Below, one piece after another: positions 1-13,029 of a stretch of DNA of 64,000 nucleotides (the first letter of the stretch is position 1; each line of letters begins with the position of its first letter). Position numbers and translations under genes: made by a program. Location of the stretch: the NCBI RefSeq assembly GCF_036365525.1, contig NC_090371.1, positions 217,675,056 to 217,739,055 of the forward strand, read 5' to 3'. The stretch comes from Heterodontus francisci (taxonomy: Eukaryota). The notes under the pieces are model-generated. The model was not told the origin of the DNA. It did not search any database and saw only the letters and a list, made by a program, of their open reading frames with translations.

Positions 1-1355
1 AACCGCTGCAGTCCATGTGGGGTAGGTAGACCCACGGTGCTGTTAAGAAGGGAGTTCCAGGATTTTGACCCAGCAACAGTGGAGGAACGGCGATATAGTT
101 CCAAGTCAGGATGGTGTGTGACTTGGAGGGGAACTTGCAGGTGGTGGTGTTCCCATGTATTTGCTGCCCTTGTCCTTCTAGTTGGTAGAGGTCGCGGGTT
201 TGGAAGGTGCTGTCTAAGGAGCCTTTGTGCGTTGCTGCAGTGCATCTTGTAGATGGTACACACTGCTGTCACTGTCGGTGGTGGCGGGAGTGAATGTTTG
301 TAGATGGGGTGCCAATCAAGCGAGCTGCTTTGTCCTGGATGGTGTCGAGCTTCTTGAGTGTTGTTGGAGCTGCATCCATCCAGGCGTGGAGAGTATTCCA
401 TCACACTCCTGACTTGTGCCTTGTGGATGGTGGACAGGCTTTGGGGAGTCAGAAGGTAAGTTACTCGGCACAGGATTCCTAGCCTCTGACCTGCTCTTAT
501 GGCCATGGTATTTCAGTTTCTGGTCAATGGTAGTCCCTAGGATGTTGATATTGGTGGATTCAGCGATGGTAATGCCATTAAATGTCAAATGGAGATGGTT
601 AGATTCTCTCTTGTTGGAGATGGTCATTGCCTGGCACTTGTGTGGCGCGAATGTTACTTGCCACTTATCAGCCCAAGCCTGGATATTGTCCAAGTCTTGC
701 TGCATTTCTACACGGACTGCTTCAGTATCTGAGGAGTCACGAATGGTGCTGAACATTGTGCAATCATCAACAAACATACCCACTTCTGACCTTGTGGTTG
801 AAGGAAGGTCATTGATGAAGCAGTTGAAGATGGTTGGGCCTAGGACACTATCCTGAGGAACTCCTGCAGTGATGTCCTGGAGCTCAGATTATTGCCCTCC
901 AACAACCACAATCATCTTGCTTTGTGCTAGGTATGACTCCAGCCAGCAGAGGGTTTTCCCCCTGATTCCTATTGACCTCAGTTTTGCTAGGGCTCCTTGA
1001 TGCCATACTCGGTCAAATGCTGCCTTGATGTCAAGGGCAGTCACTTTCACTTCACCTCTTGAGTTCAGCTCTTTTGTCCATGTTTGAACCAAGGCTGTAA
1101 TGAGGTCAGGAGCTGAGTGGCCCTGGTGGAACCCAAACTGAGTATCACTGAGCAGGTTATTGCTAAGCAAGTGCTGCTTGATGGCACTATTGATGACACC
1201 TTCCATCACTTTACTGATGATTGAGAGTAGGCTAATGGGGCAGTAATTGGCCGGCTTCAACTTGTCCTGCTTTTTGTGTACAGGACATACCTGGGCAATT
1301 TTCCACATTGCAGGGTAGATGCCAGTGTTGTAGCTGTGCTGGAACAGCTTGGCTA
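1..1355 (-). mobile_element. CR1/L2-group LINE family A, RT and C-terminal fragment (runs off window start)
   Basis: ORFs 889-1362 (PISLLSIISKVME, QFGF, LDIKAAFDRVWH) and 316-783 (MFVDDCTMF, WADKWQVTF); same sequence as 13254-16630. Confidence 0.92.
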
Positions 1356-1729
1356 TTGCCACTTAAAATGCCTGCTGACGCTCATTAAAGAGGGTGCATG
1401 TATTTTGGAGCTAGCACTTCAACTAACTTCCTCTCCTATCAGCGATCAGTTGTTTGGGAGTAAATACAGTGTTGATGTTGATTTAAGGGCTACTTAAAGG
1501 GATACTCACCATTTACAGGGAAACTCGTGGTCACTGCTGCTGGATCTGTGACGAGGACCTCGGAAACACATCAGGAGATTTTTTTAGGACACTTTGTCAA
1601 AACCTCAGCAACACTCAAGCAACATTTATTCTGGATGTTCTCTGAGGACTTCACCTAAAAGAGTAAGTGCTGTGCTCTTCCACATTATTGGACATCTTAT
1701 AAGAGTCACCAGGAGAAGGGCGTGTTTGG

Positions 1730-1965
1730 TCATAGGCATCTTGCATGGGGTCCCCCTTGGCCTGGACAGGAATGAGAGGAGGTCAAGAGGCTAGGCAGAG
1801 CTGCACCATCTGCTGTAGGAGACGGGGATAGGAGGGGGTGCAAATGAGGTGGCGTCCTCGCCCTCTGCGGGTATGGGACATCCTTCCTCCTCTGGACCTC
1901 AATCACAAGGACCTCCAGTTTCACATCTGAAAACCTGTGCATCCTCTCCCTCAGTCCTGGAGCCA
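1730..1965 (-). pseudogene. Harbinger-type Myb/SANT DNA-binding gene, exon-1 remnant
   Basis: RMHRFSDVKLEVLVIEVQRRKDV resembles the RxxRFSDxxLExL start of the other Myb copies in the window. Confidence 0.55.
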
Positions 1966-4557
1966 TAGTGTAATATGCCATAGAGTTAGTCAGACTACTC
2001 TGTACCTTCAGTGGAAGCGGGTGTGTGGAGCCCACATATACTGCTCCACAAAAACTGTGTCTAATCAGCACTTGAGTGCTATACCTGCAAGTTTCTGGTT
2101 AGCGCCTGCGGAATGTTCAAATCATGACAATCATCAATTAACCCGAAAATGATGTCCTAAATCTGGACTTTCAAACAGTCATTTCTTAGTAGCCCAGCAC
2201 CCATTTAGTGCCTGTTTTCATTCCTTAGCCAAAACAACTGATTAACATCCTAGTACCACATCACAAGCAAAACTATTTTATCATAAGACAATCATGCAGA
2301 TTTTCAAATTTCTGCTGCAATTAAAATACACTATTACAGGGTCTAAGCTAAATATAGCTGAAAGGTATCCTCAGCTGGAGTGGCTGTGTGTTCAGAGCTT
2401 TTTAAGGCTACATCCACTGTCATGTGCAGGGCTCCATGATAGCAGAGAACTACTGCTGACATGAATGCCAACAGCTGCTTCCATGCTTCTTCACATATGC
2501 CATTGCTAGAGGGCATCTCCTTATCTTGCCCACAATCTGTCTGAGCATAGAATGGTGGGCATCTGCAAGGTTATGTAGTCTCTCTCTCATGGCTGTGTGT
2601 AACTGTTCTCCAAGAGAATTGAGGGTCTCCGTGAGTGCTTTCTAAAGTTTGGATCCCAAAATCTCTATAGCAAATTGTGAGTATTTAAGGGAGATGCTCC
2701 AACTCTACCTTTGACCTGCATAACTGAGGTTGCCACTGCAGATGCCACAGGTCTTGGCACATGTTCAATGGCAGACTGCAATACAGAGAACCGTTCCTCT
2801 ATGGCATCAATTATGTGGGAGATGGAATTGTGTATCCAGGTGTTGGTCTCCCATTGTCATGGCAAGGAGACAAATGGATGCTCAAATAGTCTCCTACTTT
2901 TGTATCAGTCTTAAACTAGGCTCATTAACTTAGTATCCCCATGCATGAGCACTCAACATTCAGAATCTTATCTTCCCTCATCCATCATCGCCACTGCTAC
3001 CCCTTCAAGTGCTCGTGATCAATTCCTCATTCTGTGAATCCTCCTAAATATCTCTATTACTTTCCGCAAAGGTCCATGTTGTTGTGCAAATGACTGATTT
3101 AAGTGATGTTGGTGCTCTGGTGCATGTTGCCCTTCTGGGTCTGCTCAAGGGCATCCAGATTCTCCCTGCTCTGTGTGGAGAGGAGATGGTACATTATGTG
3201 GTATCATTGAAAAACAGATGGAGACACAGAATATGATCCAAAAGTACTGTTAAAAATTGTGGTCTCTCATGCAGTATATAATTCTTCAGCTCTTGCAGAA
3301 TAGAGGCCCTAATTTTAGGGAATAGATGCTACTTTATGTATTGTAAACAAGGCTTTCTGTTCACACAGACAAATAGACATAATCATGAAACAAAATCCCC
3401 AAATTATCTGTAACATTTCTGGAATCCCATGAAATTTGACTTATTTAATCACTGTAAACCAAAGACCCTGATGTTTATTTAACTCTCACAGTATTTTACA
3501 ATAAAAATAAGTTTCCATGTAGAATACATTTTTTGTGTTTTATTTTTGGAATAACAACTTTACGTCAGCCTCTTTTGTGTCTTTTACTTGGTCATGTTAG
3601 TTTCTTTTCTCCCTTGGCATTTTATTTGGAAGTTTCACATTAGCCGCAATCTGGCAGTGCAACTTGGCTGATTTTCCTCTTGCCTGTGCCCCAGCTCAAG
3701 CCAGGTTGAAAACTCTTCAAAGGCATAAGACTTGACCTCAGCTGAACCTGGCCATATTTCCAGGTTTAGTTCAATCATGGCTTGTAGTAGCGCACATTCC
3801 TGCCACTTTTTCTACCTGCTGATTGCTGTCTGAAATAGCACCCAGATGGCCTGTGCTCCACTACTGCACCATGGAAGATAAAGAAAAACTTGCCTGTGGC
3901 ACCAGGAGGTTGCTGGTGGACACTTTATACATCCTCTAATCTGAAGGGGTGGCCTCAGTCTCCAATGGTGCATATCCTTGGTTGTCCTCTATCTTTTGGG
4001 CAGAATCTTTAGAAAATGATAGTGTTATGGTGTCACTCCCCTAAAATTTTCATTGAGCTCCACTGTTCACACATCCATTTATCCATCCTCTTGTTGCTGC
4101 TCAATTCGATCTTTATGCAATGGGATGCTTCTGTCTCAGAGTCACCCTCACCAAATGCATTGCATTCATTGGGTGACTACTGACCTTTAGTCATTCACAG
4201 GTCTGTTTTCCCATCCTTTGGATGAGAAAAGAAAGCAGAAAACACAAAGGAGATGGAGAGGACTGGGGTGGCCCATCACAATAGTCCAGCCAACAGGTGC
4301 AGAAAAAGAGGCCCTAGAGATAAGAACACATCTGTGTTCCTCTTGGAGATGGTGACTGAATTACAAATATCTCTCACACACATGCTGACTTCATTTCATC
4401 AATGAATGAACTATCAGAGGACAGAGTGCGGTGATTGTCAAGATCATGACTTTACCACAACTAAAACCATATCCCTTTCTTTCACCTTCCAGGGCCTTCA
4501 TGCATACAGATATTGTAGGACAGGCATGAAGCAAACCCTCCGAGGATCTCATTCTTT

Positions 4558-4913
4558 GATTAGATTAGATTAGAGATACAGCACTGAAACAGGCCCTTCG
4601 GCCCACCGAGTCTGTGCCGAACATCAACCACCCATTTATACTAATCGTACACTAATCCCATATTCCTACCAAACATCCCCACCTGTCCCTATATTTCCCT
4701 ACCACCTACCTATACTAGTGACAATTTATAATGGCCAATTTACCTATCAACCTGCAAGTCTTTTGGCTTTTGGGAGGAAACCGGAGCACCCGGAGAAAAC
4801 CCACGCAGACACAGGGAGAACTTGCAAACTCCACACAGGCAGTACCCGGAATTGAACCCGGGTCCCTGGAGCTGTGAGGCTGCGGTGCTAACCACTGCGC
4901 CACTGTGCCGCCC
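4558..4913 (-). mobile_element. HE1-like V-SINE, full length
   Basis: tRNA-like head GGGCGGCACAGTGGCGCAGTGG (A box) and GGGTTCAATTCC (B box); V-domain GGGTGCTCCGGTTTCCTCCC; CR1-type 3' end with (TCTAA)n tail. Confidence 0.9.
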
Positions 4914-5699
4914 TGGAGGTGCACTGGCACAGGACGCACAGCCATGCATCAGCAGAACTGGCTGCACTTCAGTGGGTCCAGTGTATCAGTTAGTTGGGTT
5001 TTCACCTGGTGAATCACAACCCACAAGGTGAACATGAGCAGAAGCTGGTGGCAGGGATAGCTGTGGAGAGTCTGTGTCGGGGGCCATAATTCTGCCCGAG
5101 CTTTGCTCAGCTGGGCACAGATAGTGAACCCTGGGGGGCTATCGTTGAGAAGGAGAATGTTTGAATTGCTGATGCACCTCTTTCAGGTGCTGACAGATGT
5201 GCTACACACACTCACCACAATAGTGAGGAAGATGAAGAAGTCCACTCAATCATGAGGGGATTGGTGATGTGGGGAATTGCAAGAATGTCTGCCTCCACGG
5301 AGCTTCAAGTATGGCTCTCAAATGAGTCCATGCATGATGTACAGACTTTAGATGCTGTCTTAAGCAGGATGATAGCTACCTTATTAATAGTCTTACAATG
5401 TGTCAGTGATCTACCTCAAGCTGGTTTGATGCAGAGTGATAGAGTTGATGTGGCTTTGACCAGAGACGGGGGTAATAGCAGAAGGGGACATGGAAGTGGG
5501 ATCTCCAATTAAAGTGCTTCCCACCCCCCACTCCCTTCCCCACTCTAATCAATATCCAACATACTGCCTTGTATCCTAATGGCCAAGCTAGGCCTTGCAA
5601 AGGGTTAGGTGGTACAATCCCTGGCAGGACCCTTAGGAAATCCAAAATGCAGAGGGCATAAGCCCATTGGGTGGATGTGCAATGGATGGATGACTGGTT

Positions 5700-6750
5700 A
5701 AAGGACGTTCAGTGCAATGCAGTTTGGGAGTGGTCCTGGTGGTGGCTTTTTGCAGGGTTTCATTTATGTTTCACACAAGGTGAACATTAGCAATAATAGG
5801 GCATCCCTGGTATCCCAGGCTGCAAAGTAACCAGCTGGTTTGGTGATGGGGTTCCATCTCCATCCTCATCCTCTATGCTCTCCTCATCCAAAGATGAGTG
5901 ATGATCCCTTTAATCATCCTTCACCTACAATTGTTACACAATGTTATGTAGAATGCAGCACACTGCCATTATTCTGGAGCCCCTGGCTAGTGAGTACTGA
6001 AGTGAGTACTGAGAGCGCCTCCAGACCACCTGAAGCACATCTTCAACAATCCAGTGGTTTGCTCAATGACACACCTGGTGATGACGTGTCTCTCATTGTA
6101 GCAGTCCTGCACCTCATTGGTGGGGTTCCTCACTGGTGTCATGAGCTACATTTGAAGTGGGTATTACTTGTTTCTTATGAGCCAGCCCTTACGTCTACTT
6201 CCTAGAAGTGAAAGATCTGGAATGTTGGACTACCATAGTATGGAAACAGCATGGCAGCTCCCAGGGAATCTGGCACAGACTTGCATCAATCTCTTCTTAT
6301 GGTTACACACTAGCTATGCATTGATGAACAAATATCTCTTGCAGTTGAGAAAACCTCCTGATTGCTGTAGTGGTGTTCAGATTGTGTGTGCAGTCGATGG
6401 CATCCTGTACCTGTGGGAATGCAGCCAGAGTGGTGAATCTGAATTCTGGCTATTGTCATCACAAGAGAAACTTACATCATGGTCAGTCCTGGTAAACAGT
6501 CTATCTGTTACCTGCCTTATTCAATGGACTACAAGACCCTTTCCGAGAGAACACTGGAAGGATTCAAAGGTAAGCAAATTGATGGCAGTAGTGACCTTGA
6601 CATCTAGTGGTAATGTGTGGCCACCAGGTCCAGCAGGAAGCAGGTCTTCTTCCTCGGAAGCTGCAGATGTCTGTTACCACCAGATGTAACTGTGATGTCC
6701 TTGGGCCTTGAGTGAGGTTTAGCCGAGGTTGGTGTCGGATATGAGGCAAA
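5700..6750 (-). pseudogene. HARBI1-like DDE transposase pseudogene
   Basis: Frameshifted, degraded homology to the transposase at 27900-29150, clearest at the ARFPGSCH motif. Confidence 0.6.
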
Positions 6751-7023
6751 GACGGAGAGATAAAGACTGCAGGAGCTGAACATAAAGGCTTCTCCTTTTA
6801 TTTTGTCTTAGTTTCACTTTCTCTTTGCTAGTGAATGTGTTCTACAGCAGCCACTAGAGTACACAATGTGATTTCAATTTCAAAACACTACAACACTAAG
6901 GTGCCTACCTTAGCCTGTTGAAGCACTTCCCTTCCGAGAGGTCGACAAAGCTAAGTCTTTGTCTGTAAACACTGTGATGTGGGTAGTGTCTCCTGCAATC
7001 CTGGCCTTACTCCTGTGCACCTC

Positions 7024-7990
7024 AAAGAGAACAAAGAACAAAGATAATTACAGCACAGGAACAGGCCCTTCGGCCCTCCAAGCCTGCGCCGATCCAGATC
7101 CTCTCTCTAAACATGTCGCCTATTTTCTAAGGTTCTGTATCTCTTTTCTTCCTGCCCATTCATGTATCTGTCTAGATACATCTTAAAAGACGCCATCGTG
7201 CCCGCATCTACCACCTCCGCTGGCAATGCGTTCCAGGCACCCACCACCCTCTGCGTAAAGAACTTTCCACGCATTTCCCCCCTAAACTTTTCCCCTTTCA
7301 CTTTGAACTCGTGTCCTCCAGTAACTGAATCCCCCACTCTGGGAAAAAGCCTCTTGCTATCCACCCTGTCTATACCTCTCATGATTTTGTACACCTCAAT
7401 CAGGTCCCCCCTCAACCTCCGTCTTTCTAATGAAAATAATCCTAATCTACTCAACCTCTCTTCATAGCTAGCGCCCTCCATACCAGGCAACATCCTGGTG
7501 AACCTCCTCTGCACCCTCTCCAAAGCATCCACATCCTTTTGGTAATGTGGCGACCAGAACTGTACGCAGTATTCCAAATGTGGCCGAACCAAAGTCCTAT
7601 ACAACTGTAACATGACCTGCCAACTCTTGTACTCAATACCCCGTCCGATGAAGGAAAGCATGCCGTATGCCTTCTTGACCACTCTATTTACCTGCGTTGC
7701 CACCTTCAGGGAACAGTGGACCTGAACACCCAAATCTCTCTGGACATCAATTTTCCCCAGGACTTTTCCATTTACTGTATAGTTCACTCTTGAATTGGAT
7801 CTTCCAAAATGCATCACCTCGCATTTGCCCTGATTGAACTCCATCTGCCATTTCTCTGCCCAACTCTCCAATCTATCTATATTCTGCTGTATTCTCTGAC
7901 AGTCCCCTTCACTATCTGCTACTCCACCAATCTTAGTGTCGTCTGCAAACTTGCTAATCAGTCCACCTATACTTTCCTCCAAATCATTAT
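7024..7990 (-). mobile_element. CR1 LINE, 5'-truncated
   Basis: ORF 7107-8027: [38 protein letters not shown]; 3' hairpin and (TTGTTCT)n tail. Confidence 0.95.
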
Positions 7991-9587
7991 CATTACCTCC
8001 CTCTTGTGTACATACTAATCTCACCACAGCACATCATCACAGCTGTAGACTGTGATGGCTCCTTCCTCTGATGTGCTGTCAAAACATCTAACGTGCCTCC
8101 CATCCTGATGGTGTTAATGTCAAACTTTTGAAAAAGTTGTATCCACAAAAGAACTGCTGCCAAATGTTTGCCAGAGGAAACTGAGACACTAGCTCTAATC
8201 CTCCAGTATTTATTCAGATGGGGCAATCACGAGTTTAAATACTCACCTGTAACCTTTGCCTCTGTTTCCCTGGTCAGTTTCCCGAGTCCTGGAAAACTCA
8301 CACTGGGGATTTAAATTTAAGTCAAAGAAAAATTAAATGTAAAAAGACTTCATTAGCCTCTCCTAAGGATGTTAATTGCAGCAATAAACACGCACCTGCC
8401 TGTGTTAATTAAAGCCCCGATTTCAGTGAGCAGTTTACTCGTAGGCAATCAGACAGGTTGCCCTTAAACCTGGTAGCTGGTGTGCTAGGCTGCAGTTATA
8501 ATCTCAAATGCACTTATTTTAATTACAGACTCACTCTCAAACCACCCATTCTTAGTGGTTAAAATTCCTCCCATAATGTCAAGAATTACACAAAGGGGTA
8601 TTTTACAATCTGGGACTCCCAATGGTGGATGACGCTTAGAAGGAATACATTTCGGGAAGTTACAGACATTCGGCCTGTGGTGTTCCATCCATTAAAAAGG
8701 ATAGTGGAAAGTCCTGGGTTCTGTGATTGTGGATGCTGCTCTCCTCTGGGAACACCAGACCATCGAGTCACTCCTATAGATGTTTACAGGGGATGTGCAT
8801 TCTGCCGAATTGTCTGGTAAGCTTAAATGTTGTTGCTTATTGCTTTATAGTTAGATACAGGCTGGGAATAATTACTGTGGGATACAGCTCCTCCCTGAAG
8901 TGACATGGTGAAGCTCTGCTCCTGTGAGAAACGCTTTCTATTCATGGGGCTACTCGAGCGGAACGTCATGTCACATGAGTTCTGTGCAAGATGAGGTAGA
9001 TTCTGCAATTGGTTACACTTGATTAATCTAAACGATTGGAAAACAAGATAGCAGTCTGTTACACCAGATTGCCACCAATTTAATGTCCCATCCAATTTTC
9101 CATTCAGGTTTTGTACTGCCACCAGAAGCACCTGTTAGTTTGAAACTAATTCTGTTGAAATTTGGCTCCAGTGATATTATTTCGACATCCTTGTGATTTC
9201 GTGATCTTTTCACTCATATAGCAATCAGTTATACTCACAACTATAAAACTGGGATGCTGCCGAAATATTTTGTTTCATGGAAGCGCATTTAAAGCCATTT
9301 ATATTAATATTTGCAGCCAAATTTTGAGGAGCTTTGGGGGCGTTACTTCAATTTTTTGGTTTCCTTTCCAGTTCTACTTAGTCACCAGGCTTTGTGCCAA
9401 ATATTCCTCCACTGGTATTTTACTGGTATGTCCACAATATTGTGCCAATGGGCTTCCCGAAGAAAATAACTCTTTGCATTTTTTGAAGGAAGAAGATGAG
9501 GAGCAATGCAGGGATGCCAGACATGTCAGGCTGCATCTGAAGCAGTCTGAGCCCAGATTTACAGAAGGCTGCGTTTGCTGACAATGC

Positions 9588-9745
9588 AACCACTAGGTGG
9601 CGTTGTACTAGCACATGCACAAATGCAACCTGTTCCACTGAAACATCACTGTCTGTGACGTTCAGGCAGCTGCCAGGATTAAAGATGGCGCTGCTCAATT
9701 TATCACATCCCACTCCCAGTCCCCTGCTCCCTCCTGCGCATGTGC
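9588..9745. promoter_or_regulatory. Candidate cis-regulatory cluster (CTCF-, YY1- and NRF1-like motifs)
   Basis: CCACTAGGTGGCG at 9590-9602, AAGATGGCG at 9682-9690 and TGCGCATGTGC at 9735-9745, in apparently non-repetitive sequence. Confidence 0.35.
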
Positions 9746-10859
9746 CAGTTATATTGTTCCTAGTCATCTTAATTCACCTAAAGTGAATTACTTTAGGAGC
9801 AGTGACTGTCATTTCATAAGCAAATATGGCAGCACACAATGGACATGTTTTGGAACCGTCAGTGGCATTACAGGGCTAGCTCACAGTTTCTGGGTCATCT
9901 GACACCGAGATGCAGAATTGTGCATCTGCTACAAGAAGACTTGGAGCTAACATGTCTCATCAAGTTGGCACTGCCAGGGTTAGTAACAGTCAGCTATGCC
10001 CTAAAGTTGTCTTCCTTTAGCAACATCTAGGCTGTCCTGTAAAGAGTAAGTGTGTCCTGGAGATGGAAAGCAGGGCCATCCTATGTGCCACAATCTCAAC
10101 CTATATCACTTTGGCAGCTACCAGGTGACTGCCATGCTTCATTTGGCCAGAGATTCACCTTTATTGTATCAGCCACTGAGTTTTGCCAGGTATATTTTTT
10201 TATCCAATTAAACTTTGCAAAGGCAACAAAACACTAGGCTTAATAATTACTGTCAATATGTTTTATCCTTGAATGTAGCCTTTTATCTTTCAGTGGCTGC
10301 ATTCCTTTCAAAGTACCCACAACTTCTACACAGCACTCCAGGAAGCTCCCAATGCCAGACTCAATATAGCAATTTCGGGCAAAGGGCAACTCATTCACAC
10401 TTTGACTTTGATATTAACCCTTCCGCCCAAACCCCCACACCCACCACGATAGGTGGGAGAGGGTCGGGCGGGGGGGGGGATTAAATCATCAGATGTGGGA
10501 AAAGCAACTCCAACCACGCCAAGCAAGCACCTGCTTCAATTTTTACACCTGAAGATATCAGAGTGTCTGAATATCCCATCATAGAGAGGCAGGTCTACTA
10601 TTAATACATTTAAATCAGGCTCCCAAAATGCGATTGGGAGCCTGATCTGGGATTAATGGCTGGTGCACTGTTTTTCTGGGGTTTGGGAAACTTGACAGTG
10701 AAACCAAGGCAAGATAGAAGGACACTTTCTTGGGATGATAAAGGTCTGGAAACCAGAACTGAATAAAGGCTCAGTGCTTCCTGCTGCTTCCTCAGTTCCC
10801 TTTGGAGCATGGTTTGGTAAGATTACTTGGAATGAGAAAGTTATTTGTAGGGTTTGGAG

Positions 10860-11250
10860 GTGATCACACAGAGAGGATCATGATGGGTGGTGTCATGGCT
10901 GCTTTGGGTTGGTCTATGGATGAGGAAGAGAATAAGTATCATCAGCAAGGTTGTGTAGTGGAAGAAGCTGCAGGTGGCCAGCAGAGAAGGAAGCAACAGA
11001 GGGGCTAAGGTTGCAGAAAACCCTACCCACCTGACAGGATCTGCAGGCAGAGGCTCAACTTCCTAGACCTCTGGGAAGAGCAGGACTTCCAGGGGCTGAG
11101 ATTGTCACGTCAGGATCTGCAGCATCCTAGAGGAAGGCCTGCTACCTGCTGAACCTGGTAGACATGCATTACTAGTGGATATGAAAGTCACCACTGCCTT
11201 CAATTCCTTTGGCTATATTTCCTTCCAGGCTACTACTGGAGACATAGTAA
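10860..11250 (+). pseudogene. Harbinger transposase N-terminal remnant
   Basis: PYPPDRICRQRLNFLDL and KVTTAFNSFGYISFQATTGDI parallel the HARBI1-like N-terminus at 28581-28980 and 38950-39100. Confidence 0.65.
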
Positions 11251-11301
11251 GGGCCTCGTCGTCGAGTCCTGGAGACATAGTAAGGGCCTCGTCGTCGAGT
11301 C
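11236..11301. repeat. Perfect 33-bp tandem duplication
   Basis: CTGGAGACATAGTAAGGGCCTCGTCGTCGAGTC occurs twice in a row. Confidence 0.95.
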
Positions 11302-11426
11302 TTTCCTTGGCCAGTGTCACATCACTCCTACCTCTGTCTGAGAAAGCAGCTTGGAGGAGTTCACCTTGGAAGCCAATGTCTTATCCACCTGTCACTTGTG
11401 TAAAGTGGTCGATATGCTGACACTCA

Positions 11427-12032
11427 GGGCAGAATTTTATTGGCCTTTGAGTGGTCTGTGAAGTGGATTGGCTGCCCGCTCCAAGGAGGCTGGCAACTGA
11501 TTTGCATACTCAAAGTCCCTATTACTGGCCATTTGTGGAGCCATCAGCATTTTGCCCATGACAGGACAGCCCCTGCCACATGGGGAAGCCACCAGCTTAA
11601 TGGAGGTGGCCTCCCTGCGGTAGCCCAAGGGGGCCATTGGAGCAGAGGCTCCATGCCCAAAGAGGGGGCAGTGGGTAGGGAAGGCAGCCCCAGTGATCCC
11701 CCTGGAGGGGTTTCCCCTCTGACTCTCAGTCCCCTGAATTTTTTATTTTTACTTTACTAAACTGTCTGAGTTGCCCAAGCTTTTGCTCTTCCTCAGCAGT
11801 GCCCGCCTCTCCCAGTGAGGCTGCTAAGGCATCAGAGCTGCCGACCCTCTGATTGGGCCAGCATTAGGAGCGTGCCTGCTGTTCTTAATTGCATACCTGG
11901 CCAAAAGGCAGCCAATTAGGAGGCTGCATGTGATAAAATTGTCGAGTCGATCCTGCTGCCAGCAAGTGCGGCCTCGGGACCCATGTTTCATCCCAATATC
12001 GGAGTCCCAAAGTCTGTGGTAAAATTCAGCCC
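11427..12032. mobile_element. Harbinger-type MITE (606 bp)
   Basis: TIRs GGGCAGAATTTTA / TAAAATTCAGCCC; perfect 3-bp TSD TCA (11424-11426 and 12033-12035). Confidence 0.85.
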
Positions 12033-13029
12033 TCAGAGTTTGCAAAGTTGCCATCTCGGCTGCAGGGACTCATTTGTGAGCCATGATACAACCTGTAACC
12101 TAAAGGGTCTGTGACATCAATCCACTAAAGTTTGAGCTAGACTCTACTATCCTCTTTGTCATTGTGGTGAGTGTTCTTGGCAGGATTGACATACTGCTCA
12201 TAGTTGCTGCAGATTCTCTTTCATTCTCCTTTTAATTGATGCTGCACCCCCACCAGGTTCAGCATCCCCGTCCGGATGAGCAGAGCTTGGAAAGGACTGC
12301 ATGCTCTGACAGCTGTTCCTTCCACCACTCTCTGCTCATGTTCACTACTGAATTGAGATTCGCCGGTGCGAGTTCACCTAACTCTTCAACAGGACCGAGC
12401 AATGTGGTGGTGTCAGCACTGATGCCTGGTTTGCGTATGTTCTGTCACAGTGCAATCTCAGCAGGAATCAGTTCCTCTGAGGAATCCTCCTCATCTCTGG
12501 ACGGGGGCTGCTATTCTTTGTAATAACTTTGAAGGAGAGAAGAGATGGGTAAGATTTACTCATGGGAGTGTACAACTGTTGGAATGAACATGATTAAGAT
12601 GATCATATTTCATGAGGTGCTGAAGTCAAGTCAAGGTGACCTAGTCTTGTCGAAGATGTGAATCTGAGAGATTGATGATGTCACCCTGCAGCAATGAATA
12701 GCCCGTCCTGCCATCTCCAATGCTCAGGAAGGCTGATAAAGCCAATAATCTCCAAAGCTTTCTGTTTGACATTGGTGAGTGGTGCTCTGTGGTGGACCAC
12801 CTCTGTTCCTCACCCTCTTCCTTTATTTTGCATTCTTTTCTGCTGCAAGTAAAGTCAATAAATGAACATTTGTAGTCACCTTTTAAGGAAACAGAAAGAT
12901 GGTAGCTGCTAAAACTTAAGTGAATGTGAGGAGTAATGGGAATAGAGTATGCTTGACAAAAGAAGCCTGATTGCCACTTGATAAGGAGGTGCACCATTCA
13001 ATGTACGTGAATTTGTAACATTCATCACC

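Larger units (their letters stand above)
3660..8572. mobile_element. Highly degraded PIF/Harbinger element (Myb-like remnants on +, transposase on -), interrupted by a SINE and a CR1
   Basis: Minus strand near 6240-6350 decodes to LVCNHKKRLMQVCARFPGSCH (HARBI1 core); TIR-like TTAAAATTCCTCCC ends near 8572; left boundary uncertain. Confidence 0.5.

Noticed and set aside
416-856. Recurrent ORFs such as MLILVDSAMVMPLNVK and MYLSRCLLNVAIVSASTT appearing in several places
   Set aside because: Antisense shadows of LINE A and CR1 coding sequence, repeated because the elements are repeated
4850-4913. Possible tRNA gene
   Set aside because: The A and B boxes are the head of a V-SINE and run straight into the V-domain; no complete cloverleaf
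8629-9213. Cys/Trp-rich short ORFs suggesting an env or viral glycoprotein remnant
   Set aside because: No continuous frame, fusion or transmembrane pattern, or associated LTR
9420-9767. Minus-strand ORF with MSGIPALLLIFFL, resembling a signal peptide such as that of PRSS23
   Set aside because: Downstream frames show no serine-protease motifs and stop quickly; probably chance
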